A stretch of DNA of 64,000 nt from Microbotryum violaceum (GCA_001244265.2 LN717261.1:124001-188000); one strand, 5' to 3'. Positions 25,049-37,716 are shown, numbered from the stretch's first letter. Numbers and translations are program-made. Notes: generated from the letters alone by a model not told the origin.

Positions 25049-25854
25049 ATGAAGCTGTCCACCTTGATCCTCACCCTTCTTGTCGGCAGCAGCATTGCCG
25101 TGGCGGCACCGGCACCCCTAATCGACGGCGGCGACGCCATCTCGTCCGTGCCTGCCGACTCCGCTCGTCAAATGGACAACGTCGTCCAGCAAAAAAATTG
25201 CTTGCTTTCAAAAACCACTATTTTTCCCGTGGGATCCTAAAATCAAAGGCAAGCTCTGACACCCGATCCTCCCCCATCCTTCCCTCTCCCGCGTGTGCTC
25301 CAACGCCTTTACAAATGATGCTCGCGCGGTGGCAACTCGACCTCTTCCCTTCCCACTGACGGTCAGCAGGGAGCAAAAACAAAGTGCTCTTCCCGATGAA
25401 GGGTGAGTTACGCCTCCTCAATAAAGAATCACCACCACTCTTGTCCCCACGGTTCGGATTTACACTGACGCGTTTACACAACGTTTCATCCCTTCGAACG
25501 TATCCGCAGATTTCAATCGCAGACGGTCAAACACCACGCTGAAGTCACGGCCCTCTTACAAAAGCGGGGGTACACCGGAATTATGTATTTCGCTTGCACT
25601 GGCCAGTATACCAAGGCCGTAGCTCCAAACCCTCGGGTTTCGATCACGGAGAAGTAAGCCCGTTGCCAACCTATTGCTCGCTGTTTCCTCAAAGGAAAGA
25701 ATTCATGTTTTGACGAGCTAGCTTGGGGGTATCAACCCTTTTCCTCCGTACGATGTTGGCAGGGCCGAGTAGACAATACTGCTATGGTGCAGGCGTGGAA
25801 CTGCGCTCAGCGCAAGTCCTTACCAGCGTATCGAACTCTGAGCTCAAAACCTAG
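25049..25854 (+). CDS. Small secreted protein with putative Kex2 site
   Basis: Signal peptide MKLSTLILTLLVGSSIAVAAP. Frame-consistent exons 25049-25188, 25367-25402, 25510-25653 and 25722-25854, containing LLQKR/GYTG. The first donor is a non-canonical GC. Confidence 0.6.
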
Positions 25855-26961
25855 ATCGGTACATCGGCCCGGGAAGTTCCTTCTGGTCCGCAGTGAGTCG
25901 GTTGTTATCAATTTTCAGTTTCCTACTCCCCAGACTAACTGACTCGGACACTCGGCACAAACCCACTAGGGGAAAAAGTTCCCGATTCCTCAATAGCGCT
26001 AAAATGCGTAGCGATGACTGGCGAGAGACTAACAACCAGGTCGATCACTCGTCGTCTTCGAACTGCTCCCCGCCCTCGGTTCGACACAAACATCCTCGAC
26101 CATGCTTCACCCCAACGCCCCGTTCCCCAATTCTTCCTCCCTCCACGTCCTCCCTCCACGTTCGATCATCATCCGATCTCCGTCAGACCTCCCCTTTTTG
26201 CGCTCGCTCCACCGTTTGACAGCATCCTCCACGGCCGTGTTTTCTTTCGTTTTGTCCATACATCACCCTCCCCGTAAAATATTACGTTTCATCCTTGTCT
26301 AAACTTTGTCACTCGTCGTTCTGTGAAGACATCTCAGAGCCATTTTCTGAAGCCTCTGCGCGCAATCATCGACGCAGAACATCCTTCGGCCGGGAGATGG
26401 CCGGGAGACTCGGTCGATCCAGAACCGACCAGCAGCCCAGGTGCCCTGGGTACTTGAAGAGAGGGGCTCGACGGATCGCCGGACCCTCTGCTTATTGCCG
26501 CCCGACACGACAAGAGACTCTGTCGGCGTTAGCGTGAATACCCAGAAAGTGTTTTTTGGAGCCCGAGTGTACTGTGTTGCTTACTGTGAGGATTCCACTG
26601 GTCGGAAGTTGAAAGCTATCGGATCACACGCATTGATTGAGCTTTGGAAAAAGTCTAGCTTCACATACTCGCCCGCATCGTCCCATCACGGAATATCCCT
26701 TCCTCTACCCCCGAGCCCCATCAAACACTTTTTCCCACCATGCCTAACGCGTGTCTCCTCCACCTTGTTGCGCATAAGTCTCGTCATATGGGTTTTCAAT
26801 CACTTGCGTCCGAAAGCGTCCGAAAGAGCGGTGACCTTCACCTCGGTCCCTCTCTCACGAGCACGTGTCTTGTATTTATACCGGGAAATCACATTACACA
26901 CCAATCACAAATCTCCTTCGGCCCGCTCCTCCGGCTCAATCATTCTCTTCCAGTCCTGGGT

Positions 26962-28593
26962 TCACTTTGCCTCCTTCTTTGCCTCGGTCGCCTCGTGCTC
27001 TTGTGCCTCCTGCATGCTCATCGCAACTGCGGTGACCCATCAAGCCAGTCAGCTCTCTCCCCAATTTCCAAATGCTTCTCTCTCTCTCTCTCGAACTCAC
27101 TAGCTCTGGCCATCTCCTGCTCTTCTTCCATCTCTACGTCCCCTTCTTCCCCCTCGGCGCCTCTGGAAAGTGCCAAAGCCTTGGCCAGATCATCCTTCTC
27201 CTCCCCATCGTGCTCAATCTCAACATCGTCCACCCCGGCCGCGCCTACCACCTCAGCCCCCAAAAGCCTTTCCGTCTCGATAGGTTCCGGACCCTGATCC
27301 GTCGCCTCGACCGTACCTTGCTCTTCCTTAATCATGTCCGCTCCGACGCCAGCGGCAGTGTTGTTCCCCTTTACCTGTTCCAAAGCAGCTTGTCTCGCCC
27401 TCTCTTCCTGCAAACTCATCCTCAACGCCATCGCCAACTCGGGATCCAAATTAGGGTCCACTCCGAACCGATCCTCTTCTCCCGTTCGCGCGACCCCAAC
27501 CGAACCCTGACCCCCAAACTGGGAATAATCCTCTTCCATTCCTTGAGTTCTCAAAATCGGGGATTGAGCAATTCGTTCCGAAAGAAGAAAAGGTCCTTTT
27601 TCGACGAAAAGGAGGTGAGAGTTATCGGACGAATTAACCGCTTCGTACAAGGTCGTTAATTTATGTTGGGTCGTTTCCGTTCGAGTTGTGGGAGTTGATT
27701 CTTGCGGTGTGGAAGAAGAGGGAACGGATGGGATCGAGAGGTCCACGTCGGCGTCTTCGTCGTGGTCGGGGTCGGGGGAATCTGACGAGAAACCGAAAGC
27801 GATAATATCGATCGCGACATTGTTCTTCTTCATCTTCTTTCCAAGCTGTGGGGGAGAAGAAGCAGCGAAGCGAATATGCCAAATCAGCCCCCAAAAAAGG
27901 GGAGTAACTTGGGCTTTGGCTTACTTTGGACAAGGTGGCGGAGGTGGTCGTGATGGGGCTGGCGCAAAAGACGATGATCCTCTGCCTCTGGTTCTTGTTT
28001 TGACGATGCTTCAACGCCAACTGGTCACGCACACGTGAAAATACAAACCCTAGTTCAGTCTCTCGATCCCGCAAACACAGCCTGGAGGTAGACTGACCTG
28101 TGCGACTTTGATCGCGGTCTCGAGGTCGGCCTGGCCGGAGGGTTGGATCGTGTGCAGCGCGGCGATCAACTTGCCTTCGTGCTGGGTCGGGGTGACGAGC
28201 ACTTGTGGACTGCAACCGTACGGTGGGTGGAGGGGGTAATCAGTTGGCCGTGCTCGGATGCGAAGGTGGTGAAAGTGTCCGGTCACAGTGATGACGACGC
28301 GCACCCCCGCTCTCGGCTGGGGAAAGGAACTCACGCCGGTCCGGCCATGACCATCAAGCCGACCTCGCTCTCCGGATGAGCGTTCAGCTTGCGGTTAAAG
28401 ATGACGTGCACCGCATCCGATTGCGCTTCGAGACGGGTCGCTGTAGGAGGAGTCGAGTGGAGCGGGAAGGGAGCAGGCTTAGTGGAGGTGTAGGGTGTAG
28501 TGTGTAGTGTAGGATATAGTACGTACGTGTAAAGTCACCGTTTATGGCATAGGCCGAGTTGTCCAAGACGAGCATCGTCGCTTCAAGGGACAT
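26962..28593 (-). CDS. RPN10: 26S proteasome ubiquitin receptor Rpn10
   Basis: MSLEATMLVLDNSAYAINGDF, QLALKHRQNKNQRQRIIVF and UIM FGVDPNLDPELAMALRMSLQEE. Confidence 0.95.
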
Positions 28594-28598
28594 GACGC

Positions 28599-28668
28599 GC
28601 GATGGGGTACGCGATGGGGTACGCGATGGGGTACGGGATGAGGTACGGGATGAGGTACGGGATGAGGG
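28599..28668. repeat. 12-bp tandem repeat (~6 copies) just upstream of RPN10 ATG
   Basis: gcgatggggtac and gggatgaggtac units. Confidence 0.85.
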
Positions 28669-28702
28669 TGGGGGGGGGAAAGAGAGAGCGAGGGAGACAG
28701 AC

Positions 28703-28990
28703 TTCGCGTGGAAAGCGCCGCCGCCGGATTATAAAAGCGCAATTATAATAACCTAATGCCCCATTTCACCGAGGGGGTTTCGCGTGGAAAGCGCCGCCGC
28801 CGGATTACAAAAGCGCAATTATAATAACCTAATACCCCATTTCGCCGAGGGGGTTTCGCGTGGAAAGCGCCGCCGCCGGATTACAAAAGCGCAATTATAA
28901 TAACCTAATGCCCCATTTCGCCGAGGGGGTTTCGCGTGGAAAGCGCCGCCGCCGGATTATAAAAGCGCAATTATAATAACCTAATGCCCC
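28703..28990. repeat. 76-bp tandem repeat (~3.8 copies) in the RPN10 / L17 divergent promoter
   Basis: ttcgcgtggaaagcgccgccgccggattayaaaagcgcaattataataacctaat starts at 28703, 28779, 28855 and 28931. Confidence 0.95.
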
Positions 28991-29092
28991 GCCCCAATTC
29001 GCCATCAATCGATCCGCGCAACGCTCCCCCCCGTCGGTCGCTCCTTCTGCATCTCACCTCCCGCATCGAACCCCACCGCTCACTTAACAACG

Positions 29093-30313
29093 ATGCGTCA
29101 CCGCTTAGGCTACAACCACCTGTCGCGTCCGACCGCGCACCGCATGTCGATGCTCCGTAACCTCGTCTCCTCTCTACTCGAACACGAACAAATCAGCACC
29201 ACGCTCGCGAAAGCGAAAGCGACCCAACGCATGGCCGAGCGCGTCATCGAATTGGGCAAGAAGGGTGGCGCGAACGAGTGGAAGAGGGCCAACGCTTTCC
29301 TGTGGGTAGGTCGAACCGTTTATTGGATGGGGGGAAAAGGTAGAAGATCGAGCGAGCAAAGACGAAAGCGCAGACCTCCTTTTTTTACTCGCCTCCCCCG
29401 CGTCTCCCCCTCGTCCTCCACCACATTCTTACTGACCTCGTCCCCCCTTCCAAAACAGAACGCTCCCACCACCCTCCGACCACTCTTTACGAGTCTCGCC
29501 GAACGCTACGCCTCCCGACCTGGCGGCTACACTCGCCTAATCCGTTCCGGACATCGGGTCGGTGATCATGCCCCCTTGGCCATTCTCGAACTCGTCGATA
29601 ACCGCAACGATTTCAAATTCGAAACCGCTTCCAAAGCCTTGGCTAGGGAATTGGCTTTACGTGCAAAGGGGGAAGGGGAACGTAATGGACCGGATGTGGG
29701 ACCGGATGTGTGGTGGGGTTTGAGAACGAGGTTGGAAGCCTTTGGCGAAGAAGGAATTTTCGGTCAATTGGAAAAAGAACCCACTATCGATTCGATGACG
29801 AAGAAGAACGTACTCAAAGCTTTGAGGTATAGGAAACCTTTCACCCCTTTGACTTTGGATTCGAATTCGACCGAAACGACGACGACCAACGCGATTCATC
29901 CATCGGTCCAATTCCTCAATCGCACCCATCATCACTACCTCCACCACCTCGCCTCCCTCCAACTCTCCACCCCTTCCACGCCCTCCTCTTACAAAACTAT
30001 AAAACAACTCACCCAACGCTTACGACCTTCCGAAAGTAGAGGCGCTCCGAGACCCGTATTGACCGTACCTATGATGGGTCGACGCGTCGCAGCGGGTCAG
30101 TCGACGCGAGGTTGGGCCCAGCAGCACGAACAGCGGTCAAAGTCTTCTTCTTTGGACGGGTTGGAGCAGAGACTTTCCGGATTGGACTTGGGACAGGCCA
30201 AGGGGAGGGAAAAGGGGGGTCCGATCTCGAGGGCCAAGGCGGGCAGATCGAGGGGTGCGAGGAGCGCCACTAGGGCTTCTTCGACCACAGCGAGGACAGA
30301 GGCGGGGCTTTGA
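29093..30313 (+). CDS. MRPL8: Mitochondrial ribosomal protein L17 (bL17m) with C-terminal extension
   Basis: MRHRLGYNHLSRPTAHRMSMLRNLVSSLLEHEQISTT and ERYASRPGGYTR; intron 29306-29458. Confidence 0.9.
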   Translation: MRHRLGYNHLSRPTAHRMSMLRNLVSSLLEHEQISTTLAKAKATQRMAERVIELGKKGGANEWKRANAFLWVGRTVYWMGGKGRRSSEQRRKRRPPFFTRLPRVSPSSSTTFLLTSSPLPKQNAPTTLRPLFTSLAERYASRPGGYTRLIRSGHRVGDHAPLAILELVDNRNDFKFETASKALARELALRAKGEGERNGPDVGPDVWWGLRTRLEAFGEEGIFGQLEKEPTIDSMTKKNVLKALRYRKPFTPLTLDSNSTETTTTNAIHPSVQFLNRTHHHYLHHLASLQLSTPSTPSSYKTIKQLTQRLRPSESRGAPRPVLTVPMMGRRVAAGQSTRGWAQQHEQRSKSSSLDGLEQRLSGLDLGQAKGREKGGPISRAKAGRSRGARSATRASSTTARTEAGL

Positions 30314-30522
30314 TCCGAGATGCATGATGAAACGAGTGTTTTGTCGTTGGTGTATGTACAAGGGAAGAGAGGAACCTCCGACAGAAAGAAAGACGACGGG
30401 CTACAAAAAGAAGATGCGTGGAAGAGAAAAAATCGGTAAGAGTCAATGTGTCTAGTAGGTAACAAGGTGGGGAAAAGAGTAGCACACGGGGGAAAGCAAA
30501 AAGGAGAGCAAAATTCACACCA

Positions 30523-31861
30523 TCATCGCAAATCAATACCTCTTCCCATGCAGAACGTTGGGCCCGTTCCTTTGCTTGGGCAAACTCGCGTCCTGATATC
30601 CGGAAACAGCACTCGCGGCGTAACCATGCCCGCGTACCCGCCACCATGCTGATACTCATCCTGATAAGCCCCTCCATTCGTCGGATCCCAATGCGATTCA
30701 TACGGCTGGGCCCCCACATACCCCTCATCGTGCGAATACACGCCACCGTCAAGTTCGTACCCGGAAGGGGAAGGGTGCAAATACAATTCAGAATTATGTA
30801 TCTCGTCCTCATGGTCCATATCAATCTCGTGCCTCAACCCGGAATTCTGCCGCCCGTGATGGGGTGCTGCCGCGTACGGTTGGGGCTGCGTCGAGCTGAC
30901 GAGTGGTTCCAACGAGTCGACCGTTAACGGTCGATCGGTTGAGTAGATCCCCGATTGACGGATCTCTTCACGGACGGTTTCGAATAGACTGGCGTATTTG
31001 GCACTGTAAAGACGAAGTAACAGGTCAATAATCCGTTTCATGTGGTAAGGTTATCTGCCCTCTTTTACATCAAACTCACTGGTCCAGGCGTTGACTCTTG
31101 CCGTACCCGTACGAGAGCATAATAAAGTAAACCTGCCAAAATTCGCAGGGGGCTACCCATTAGCCTCGACTGCTCTTCTTGAGGAGGTAAGAAAACCAGA
31201 GGCACAAAGCATCCACGAAGGCACGCACCTCGGCAATCGCGATAACGATCCACAACAAGCCCATCAAGCCGACCTGAACCCACATCCAAATGTTGCACAC
31301 CGCCGAATTCTGCGCGACCGTCGTCGTCGCCGTCGCGAACAAGCCCTCACACGACGCCAATGCGGTCGAGTGGCGCACGCAAGAGAGGATGATGAACCCC
31401 AGTGCGACGCCCAACGCGAGGAGCACGGCGAGCAAGTTCCACAGCGTGTATTGGCGGTAGAGCGACGGTCGTTCGCGGTAGACGCCAAAGAAGCCAAACA
31501 CCTGGATCAGGGCGACGAGGATGCAGCACGCGCCGAGGATGTAACCTCCAAACGACGGAACCGCTACAGAGACGACTGTGGGCGGGATCAAAAAACACAG
31601 GCTATGTCAACAACTGGCTGCTGCGCTATGCAGTTGGGCGTGGCCTCCAGACGAACTTTTGGGAGCGGCGAGGGAGAGGATACCGGTGACGAGCGAAATG
31701 ACGGCGAACTGGGCGATGATGGTGTAGATTCCCGTATTGTCTGTGGGTGAAGAGGGTCGAGGCAGAAATGAGCACTCTCCCTCACGGGACTTTACGCAGT
31801 CGTCGCCAGACTCACACATGGGCACGGCGCAACAGCAGTAGGAGTAGGTCCGAGCCCTCAT
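30523..31861 (-). CDS. Four-TM membrane protein with N-terminal YCCCAVP motif
   Basis: Multi-exon; hydrophobic helices (FGGYILGACCILVALIQVFGFFGV, WMWVQVGLMGLLWIVIAI) and a polar tail. Confidence 0.7.
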
Positions 31862-32949
31862 GATGGCCTACTTGAGCGAACCCTGCCGCCTCGAAAACTG
31901 TTGACGGAGGCTATGCAGCATGTCAGTGTGTTGAGAGTTGCCTCGTGTATGGTGCACATCTGAAGCTGCACGCCCGCCGACAGGAAGGCGGAGCGTTCGT
32001 TCAACCGCGCCTGCTGACTGCTCGTCGTCAGATGTCGTCTTGAACGTCATCGTGGACGAGCTGAGCCGCTCTGAGACCACCTTCTACAGGCCCACTCAGT
32101 CCATCCGGTTCGATCGCCCGTGACCGGGAACGGCTGCACGCTTTCTTGTCGGCACTCGGAACCAGGCTCGATCGTAAGACACTCCGCACCGCGGTGCTCC
32201 CTGCCCGACGACGACAAACGCGACAAACGATGATGGCCTTGCAAGCACGCAGGCCCACCCTTGGCACGTTCAGAGAGACCGAGCACTGACTTTGATCCAA
32301 CGTCCAACGGTTGACGGGGTGGCGCGTCGAATGCGAGATGAGATGAGGCTGGCTCGTACGGGTAAGCCAGCGCGGTCCAGCTACTCTACTAGACTCACGA
32401 GACTCTACTGTCTTGCTACGATCGACTCGGCAGCGCACGGCGGCGGCAGCGGCAGCGGGGAGGGAGGCAGTGCAACGACGAACTTGGACCGCGCTCACAC
32501 AGTAATTGGCCAGTCGCGCACGCCTTGGAGCTCGATGCAGTTAGACGAGGATCGAGGCGGAGGGGGAGACTTTGATCTAGGCAAGTGTAAGGAGTGGAGC
32601 CCGTATAGAAAGGGAAAGGGACATGCTTGTTTCAAACTGCTCGTTGGCTGACGAAAGGCGCATGAATCAGCGCGCGCGCGCTCAAATCAAGACAAGTGGA
32701 GGCACTTCCTTGCGCTCGGGACTTTGTCGTTAACGTTGGAACTTGGCGTTGGAACTGGAAGCCTCCACAAACGACCCTGCTGCGACCTCCCGACACCCGC
32801 ATTCCGGTCGAAATAGCTCGAGTACCCCTAAGTTCTGCCCCCGCCCCCGCCCCCGCCCCGGCGGTGCCGACCGTGCCTCTACTACCGGGATTCAAGACTT
32901 GCCTGCAGTAGCGAAGTGTCCTCGAAGAACGTGTTCCCCACCGGGTCCT

Positions 32950-33445
32950 CCAAGAACGTGCTCCCCACCGGGAGGATTGGCTGAAGGCGTTCGAAACCTG
33001 TCTTTCCGGCGAGCCTCTCGATGACTTTACGGACTAAAGAAATGCCCACGACATCGATGTGCGCACCCATGCCTTATTTGATGACGTGAGCCGGTAGCCT
33101 CAGTAATGTGAACCTGATCATGACCGACTTAACGCCGCGACTTGTTTAAGAATGTTTATCGCGTGCCCCGGAGTGTCCGTTTCTAGGCCCTGCCGCTGTA
33201 CCGCCTCATAACTCTATGGGCTTCGTGTTTGCTGACCTGCACGACTTACCGTGTCTCATACTTGGCGCTCCGTCCAAAACCTGGGCTTCGTTGTCCTCCT
33301 CCACGGTCCACTCTCTCCGATTGTGTTCACGTTCGACAACCCGCTGCGCATTCCAAGACCATCAAGCCTGGCCCTCCACTTCTGGTCCAGCCCCGCCGTT
33401 TTCATTTGACTTTTGATAATCAAAGTGTTGTCCTACAGTAGACAT
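32950..33445 (+). repeat. Degenerate dispersed repeat, copy B (carries the empty site of the foldback)
   Basis: cgagcctctcgatgactttacggactaaagaaatg aligns with cgagcatctcggtgagtatacggaccaaggacatg reconstructed across the 9303-10067 insertion. Confidence 0.7.
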
Positions 33446-33754
33446 TTAGTCCAAGGTTCCATTTTCTTAATTACGTCTTCTCTTCAGCCTTGCAACCTAC
33501 AAAATCATTTCTTCATCTTCGGTAATCCTTGCCGCGACCGAAGCCCGTTTCGACTTCTCCATGACTCAGCAGTGGGAATTCAATCAACATTAGCGCTCCA
33601 CAGTGAAGGCCATCAACGTAGTGAACCTCGTGATTGTGTACGTCTCGGTCGCAAGCGCCCGTCGTTTCTCGTCTATCTTGGTTATTCAAATCGGTGTCGC
33701 AGTGGCTGTGGCACATAGCCGGACAACCCTCGCTCGCTGTAAGGCCGGCTGGTG

Positions 33755-34171
33755 CCGAAACCCGAGTGTGAGACTAGCTACCTCTCACTCAACCACTTCG
33801 AAAGAGGAGATCCTCGCCGCACCCAAGAAAGACAAGGGTGTGGCACGAAGTGATGAATCGCCATCACCAATCGGCGGTGCCCGGACAGCGATGCCAAGGC
33901 TTCCAATGTCGACACGGGCCGATGACCTCGCCCGAAAAACCCGACGTGTTTCGGCGCCGATGCCGAACCGAGAACGAACTGGCGGGTTTCTCGGGCGAAG
34001 TCATCGGCCCGTGTCGACACTGGAAGCCTTGGCATCGCTGCCCGGGCACCGCCGATTGGTGATGGCGATTCATCACTTCGTGCCACACCCTTGTCTTTCT
34101 TGGGTGCGGCGAGGATCTCCTCTTTCGAAGTGGTTGAGTGAGAGGTAGCTAATCTCACACTCGGGTTTCGG
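33755..34171. repeat. Long inverted repeat / hairpin with 189-bp arms and 39-nt loop
   Basis: 33755-33943 is the reverse complement of 33983-34171 with 5 mismatches. Confidence 0.95.
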
Positions 34172-37100
34172 AGCGAAGTCGTAAATGAACGTTCGCTTCT
34201 GTGGTCGGCCATGGTATGTTCAAGTATACGAGGGTTAATTACATCCTGTACTCAAATCAGTTACTTTGTCCAGTGAAGCAACGTGGTCCATCTCAGAAAG
34301 AGTGTGTCAAGGATAGCTGGTTTCACCGTCCTCATCCGATCACAACATCTAAGTTGGTTCTTGGGATCGGGCCCAACGTGCCTTCATTTGGCCCGTTGGT
34401 ATCTCAATCTCCCAGCTCTAATTGTCTCCTTAGTTACTCTATTATTGCAGCGCTTTACCAGTTAGCCTTCCACGAGTCTGTCCCTTAGTCTCTGGCCACT
34501 CTGTTCTCGTCCCTGTTCATTGGACTGAGTCGTGGTCATCATCAGAGAACAATCCGTAAAAGAGAGGTCTGTGCCTTTCCACTCAGGAGTAGAAATTGAC
34601 ACGTCGTGCTACTCGCGACGACACGAGGTCGAGGCTTTCGCAACGAGGCTCTGTTGCTAAGCAACGTTTTTCTGTCTGTTACCAGAGCAGATATACCTTT
34701 CTTCAAGGCAGACAACTCCTTCAGAAGTCAGTCCAAGAGGTACCATGCGAAGTATTTTGAAACTGCTAGCGGTAAGGGTTGTCGATCGGCTTGTCCTCCA
34801 GCGATGGTTTCGTGTCGAGTTCGGGGTTGCTGAAGTCCACTAAAAGAAGATGTAAGGCCGGTGGCCTTACAGAGGGATCGCAGGTACTGGGCCGATCGCT
34901 CGTCGTATTCGAAGGGGTATGGTTGACTCTGTTCATGTTTCAGAAATCGGTTCCGAATGAATGTCTTATCTAAGAGAGATAGAGAGAGGATCGAGACTGA
35001 ACTACGTACACAAAAGGGAAAATATTGGTCCAATATTTGGTCAGCCGGGTTTCGGCCAGATTCGGTCCTTGGTCCTGTGCGTGCGAGGCCGCTCGGGCCT
35101 CACACTCGCAGTCATTTCGGGCCTACTCCGATCGGGAGGAGTAACGATGTTGTTCTATCGATGCAGTGTCATAAGTCACAGCGCGATCGTCACTTCTTGA
35201 ACTGAGAAGGCCCTTCCACCAAAAGGATCGTTGGAAGGTTGGGTGAAGAAGGATGTGTGAGGGAGAGGCAAGAAGAGGAAGAGCGCGCACGCGGTGAGAG
35301 ACTTGAGCCTGTTGAAAGAGGATTCAGCGCATGCAGCTCTTGAAGGTGCCTTCACTTTTGGTGTACTGGTTAAGGCGACCAGGATGGTTTTACAACAGAC
35401 TGCGATGACGAACACGAGACACCCGCAGTGAAGCCATATGTATGTAGTGCCGACGGTGTGCATGAGGAGACGTGCTTGCGGAGCAGACGGTACGAAGATA
35501 GATTGTAGCACATGCTTGGATCCGGATAACGTCTGGGGCCGGTGAATTGGTAGTGAGGCTCAGACTCGCTGCTGAGCAGCAAGTTGATCCTCCTCAAGGT
35601 ACGCTCACTTCTGACAACAACTGTTGTTGACCAAGCCAGGACTTCAATTGATTGATGAGAAGGAATGCGAAGAAGACGAAAACTGACTGGGGAAAACGGG
35701 GAGACGGATCTACGAAACGATAGGACACAAGAGTAGAACCCAATTCAATGTTGCTAGAGGTGGCGGGGCGATGAAATGCGACCATGACCGCGAGTCTGAG
35801 CGTGAGCGGAAAACGACGACGCTGGAGTTTGACTCGCTCATCTTCACTTTTTCGCGCTCGCCGCGTTTCCAATGATCATCGTGATCGTCAGTTACGGCAC
35901 GTGTGCTACGAAACGCTTGCTCGTCCTGCTTGTGAACGTCAAGCAGGCTCACCGGCGTGCTACTAAAACGGTGCATTCGTGATACTGGACGGCACACCTG
36001 ATCGCGCTATTTTTCCGATTGCGGATCCGTTGCTGAAGTGCCGAGGACACCAAAAATAGGATATGTAAGAAACTTCAAGACCGAAAGTCGCATCATGTCG
36101 TCAAGGACGCAAGCACTAGCCTCTGAGTAGCTAGAACTGCCGAGTTCTAGTTAAGACTTGCTTTTAATCTAGTGGTCAAGAACGACAGATTGTATTTTAT
36201 GCACATCAGAGGCGCATATATAGGGCTGTTCTGTAAGGCATCCCCTTAGAGCAAAGCTCAGACCCACACGTCCGACTTCCCATTATCTAGTGCGGTTTTC
36301 ATTCGTCTATCTAATTGTTTGGTTTACTTGATGTAATCAAGGAACAGAGACGAAGTCATACGAAATGGAAGTAATATACATCAGAGCTCCGATTGACTGC
36401 GCGTGTTTCTTGGCGCACAGTTGGTGGGCCGCCGAGCATTCGCCGCAGCAAGGGGGCCTGTTGACATTCCTCCCACTTTAGTCGGATTATAGGTCCGAGC
36501 CTGTACCGTCTCTTTCGGTTGGAAAATACTGACTCCTCTCGCTTCCTCCAAAGGTGCCCGTGGGTTTAGCTACAACATGAAGGGGTCCGGAACGGTGAAG
36601 CTAGCCTTCGGACCCGACAATCGGCCTGTCCCGTAATAAATGGAAGCGAACTAGCCCTAGTGCTGATGGGTGCCGCGGCCCGTCCAAGTGGGTAGACACC
36701 GCATGTCGACAGAAAATCACAAACCGACCCGACGCCGAACGAAGACCAAAGAGATGCTACCGAATGTGCCCGAAATAGATTTTGACGGGCCTCGGTGGGT
36801 TGGTCCCGGCCCCCGTCGAGCAGTAGCGGAAGCTGCCGATGTTGTCGTGAGTGCCAAAGCCTGTAAATCAGATTTTTCTGATGGAAAAAAATGACCGGTT
36901 CATACTTGCAGTAATGATTTTAAGTGGTTGGCTCCAACTTGGAACCCAGCTGCGTCCATCTTGGCCAAGAGACACAGGAAGACTAGCCCAGAGCAGCATG
37001 ATTACTTTTTCAACTGCGTTCGGTGGAATGCGTCTGGTGGAGTGGGTTTGTCATGGGGGCACGATGAGTAAATTGATTATCAAAGGGGACCCGGGGGTGA

Positions 37101-37716
37101 GTGCATGAGCCTATACAATGGAGGCAAGCCTCTGAGTGGAAATCTATGTCCGCTCGGAGGTCGATTTCATCGCGAAAAGTCGCCGTGGCACTGCAGTGAT
37201 CAGAAAATTACGAACGCCATGGATCCAAGCTCTTAGACAAGACTAAATGTACTCCCAAGACCTTGCTCTTCCACTACAAGGCAAGTGAAAGAGCATGCAA
37301 CGAGGCATGCACCTATACGCACATTAGCCGAATCCGTTGCCTCGGCGCCACAAGCAGTCGTGTCCTTTTCCCCCTGGACCCGGTGGAAATGCATGGACCC
37401 GCACAGACGTGTAGAACATTGCACAGGCTTTCCAATTGGTCTTTCGGGTGAGTTAGCCCAAAAGAACCTCCGTTCATGCCCAGGGACACTGATGCACACC
37501 GATGCACGTCGACGCCGACTGAACTCAGTGAACTGGCACTGCCGCACCGGTGCGGAGCGAGCCGGTCACTTCGAACCCGGATCTCTCGCTGCACCTCGAC
37601 CAAGTGATCGGACTCTGTCTAGAGCGTTGTTGCACGACCTTGCGTCAGGTATCACTCTCTTATATTACAACAATACCGGATCGCAGAAAAAGAAAACATA
37701 ATTGAGACCATACCAT

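Noticed and set aside
28703-28990. CRISPR-like appearance of this and the 200-bp array
   Set aside because: Head-to-tail repeats with no unique spacers, no cas genes and a eukaryotic context.
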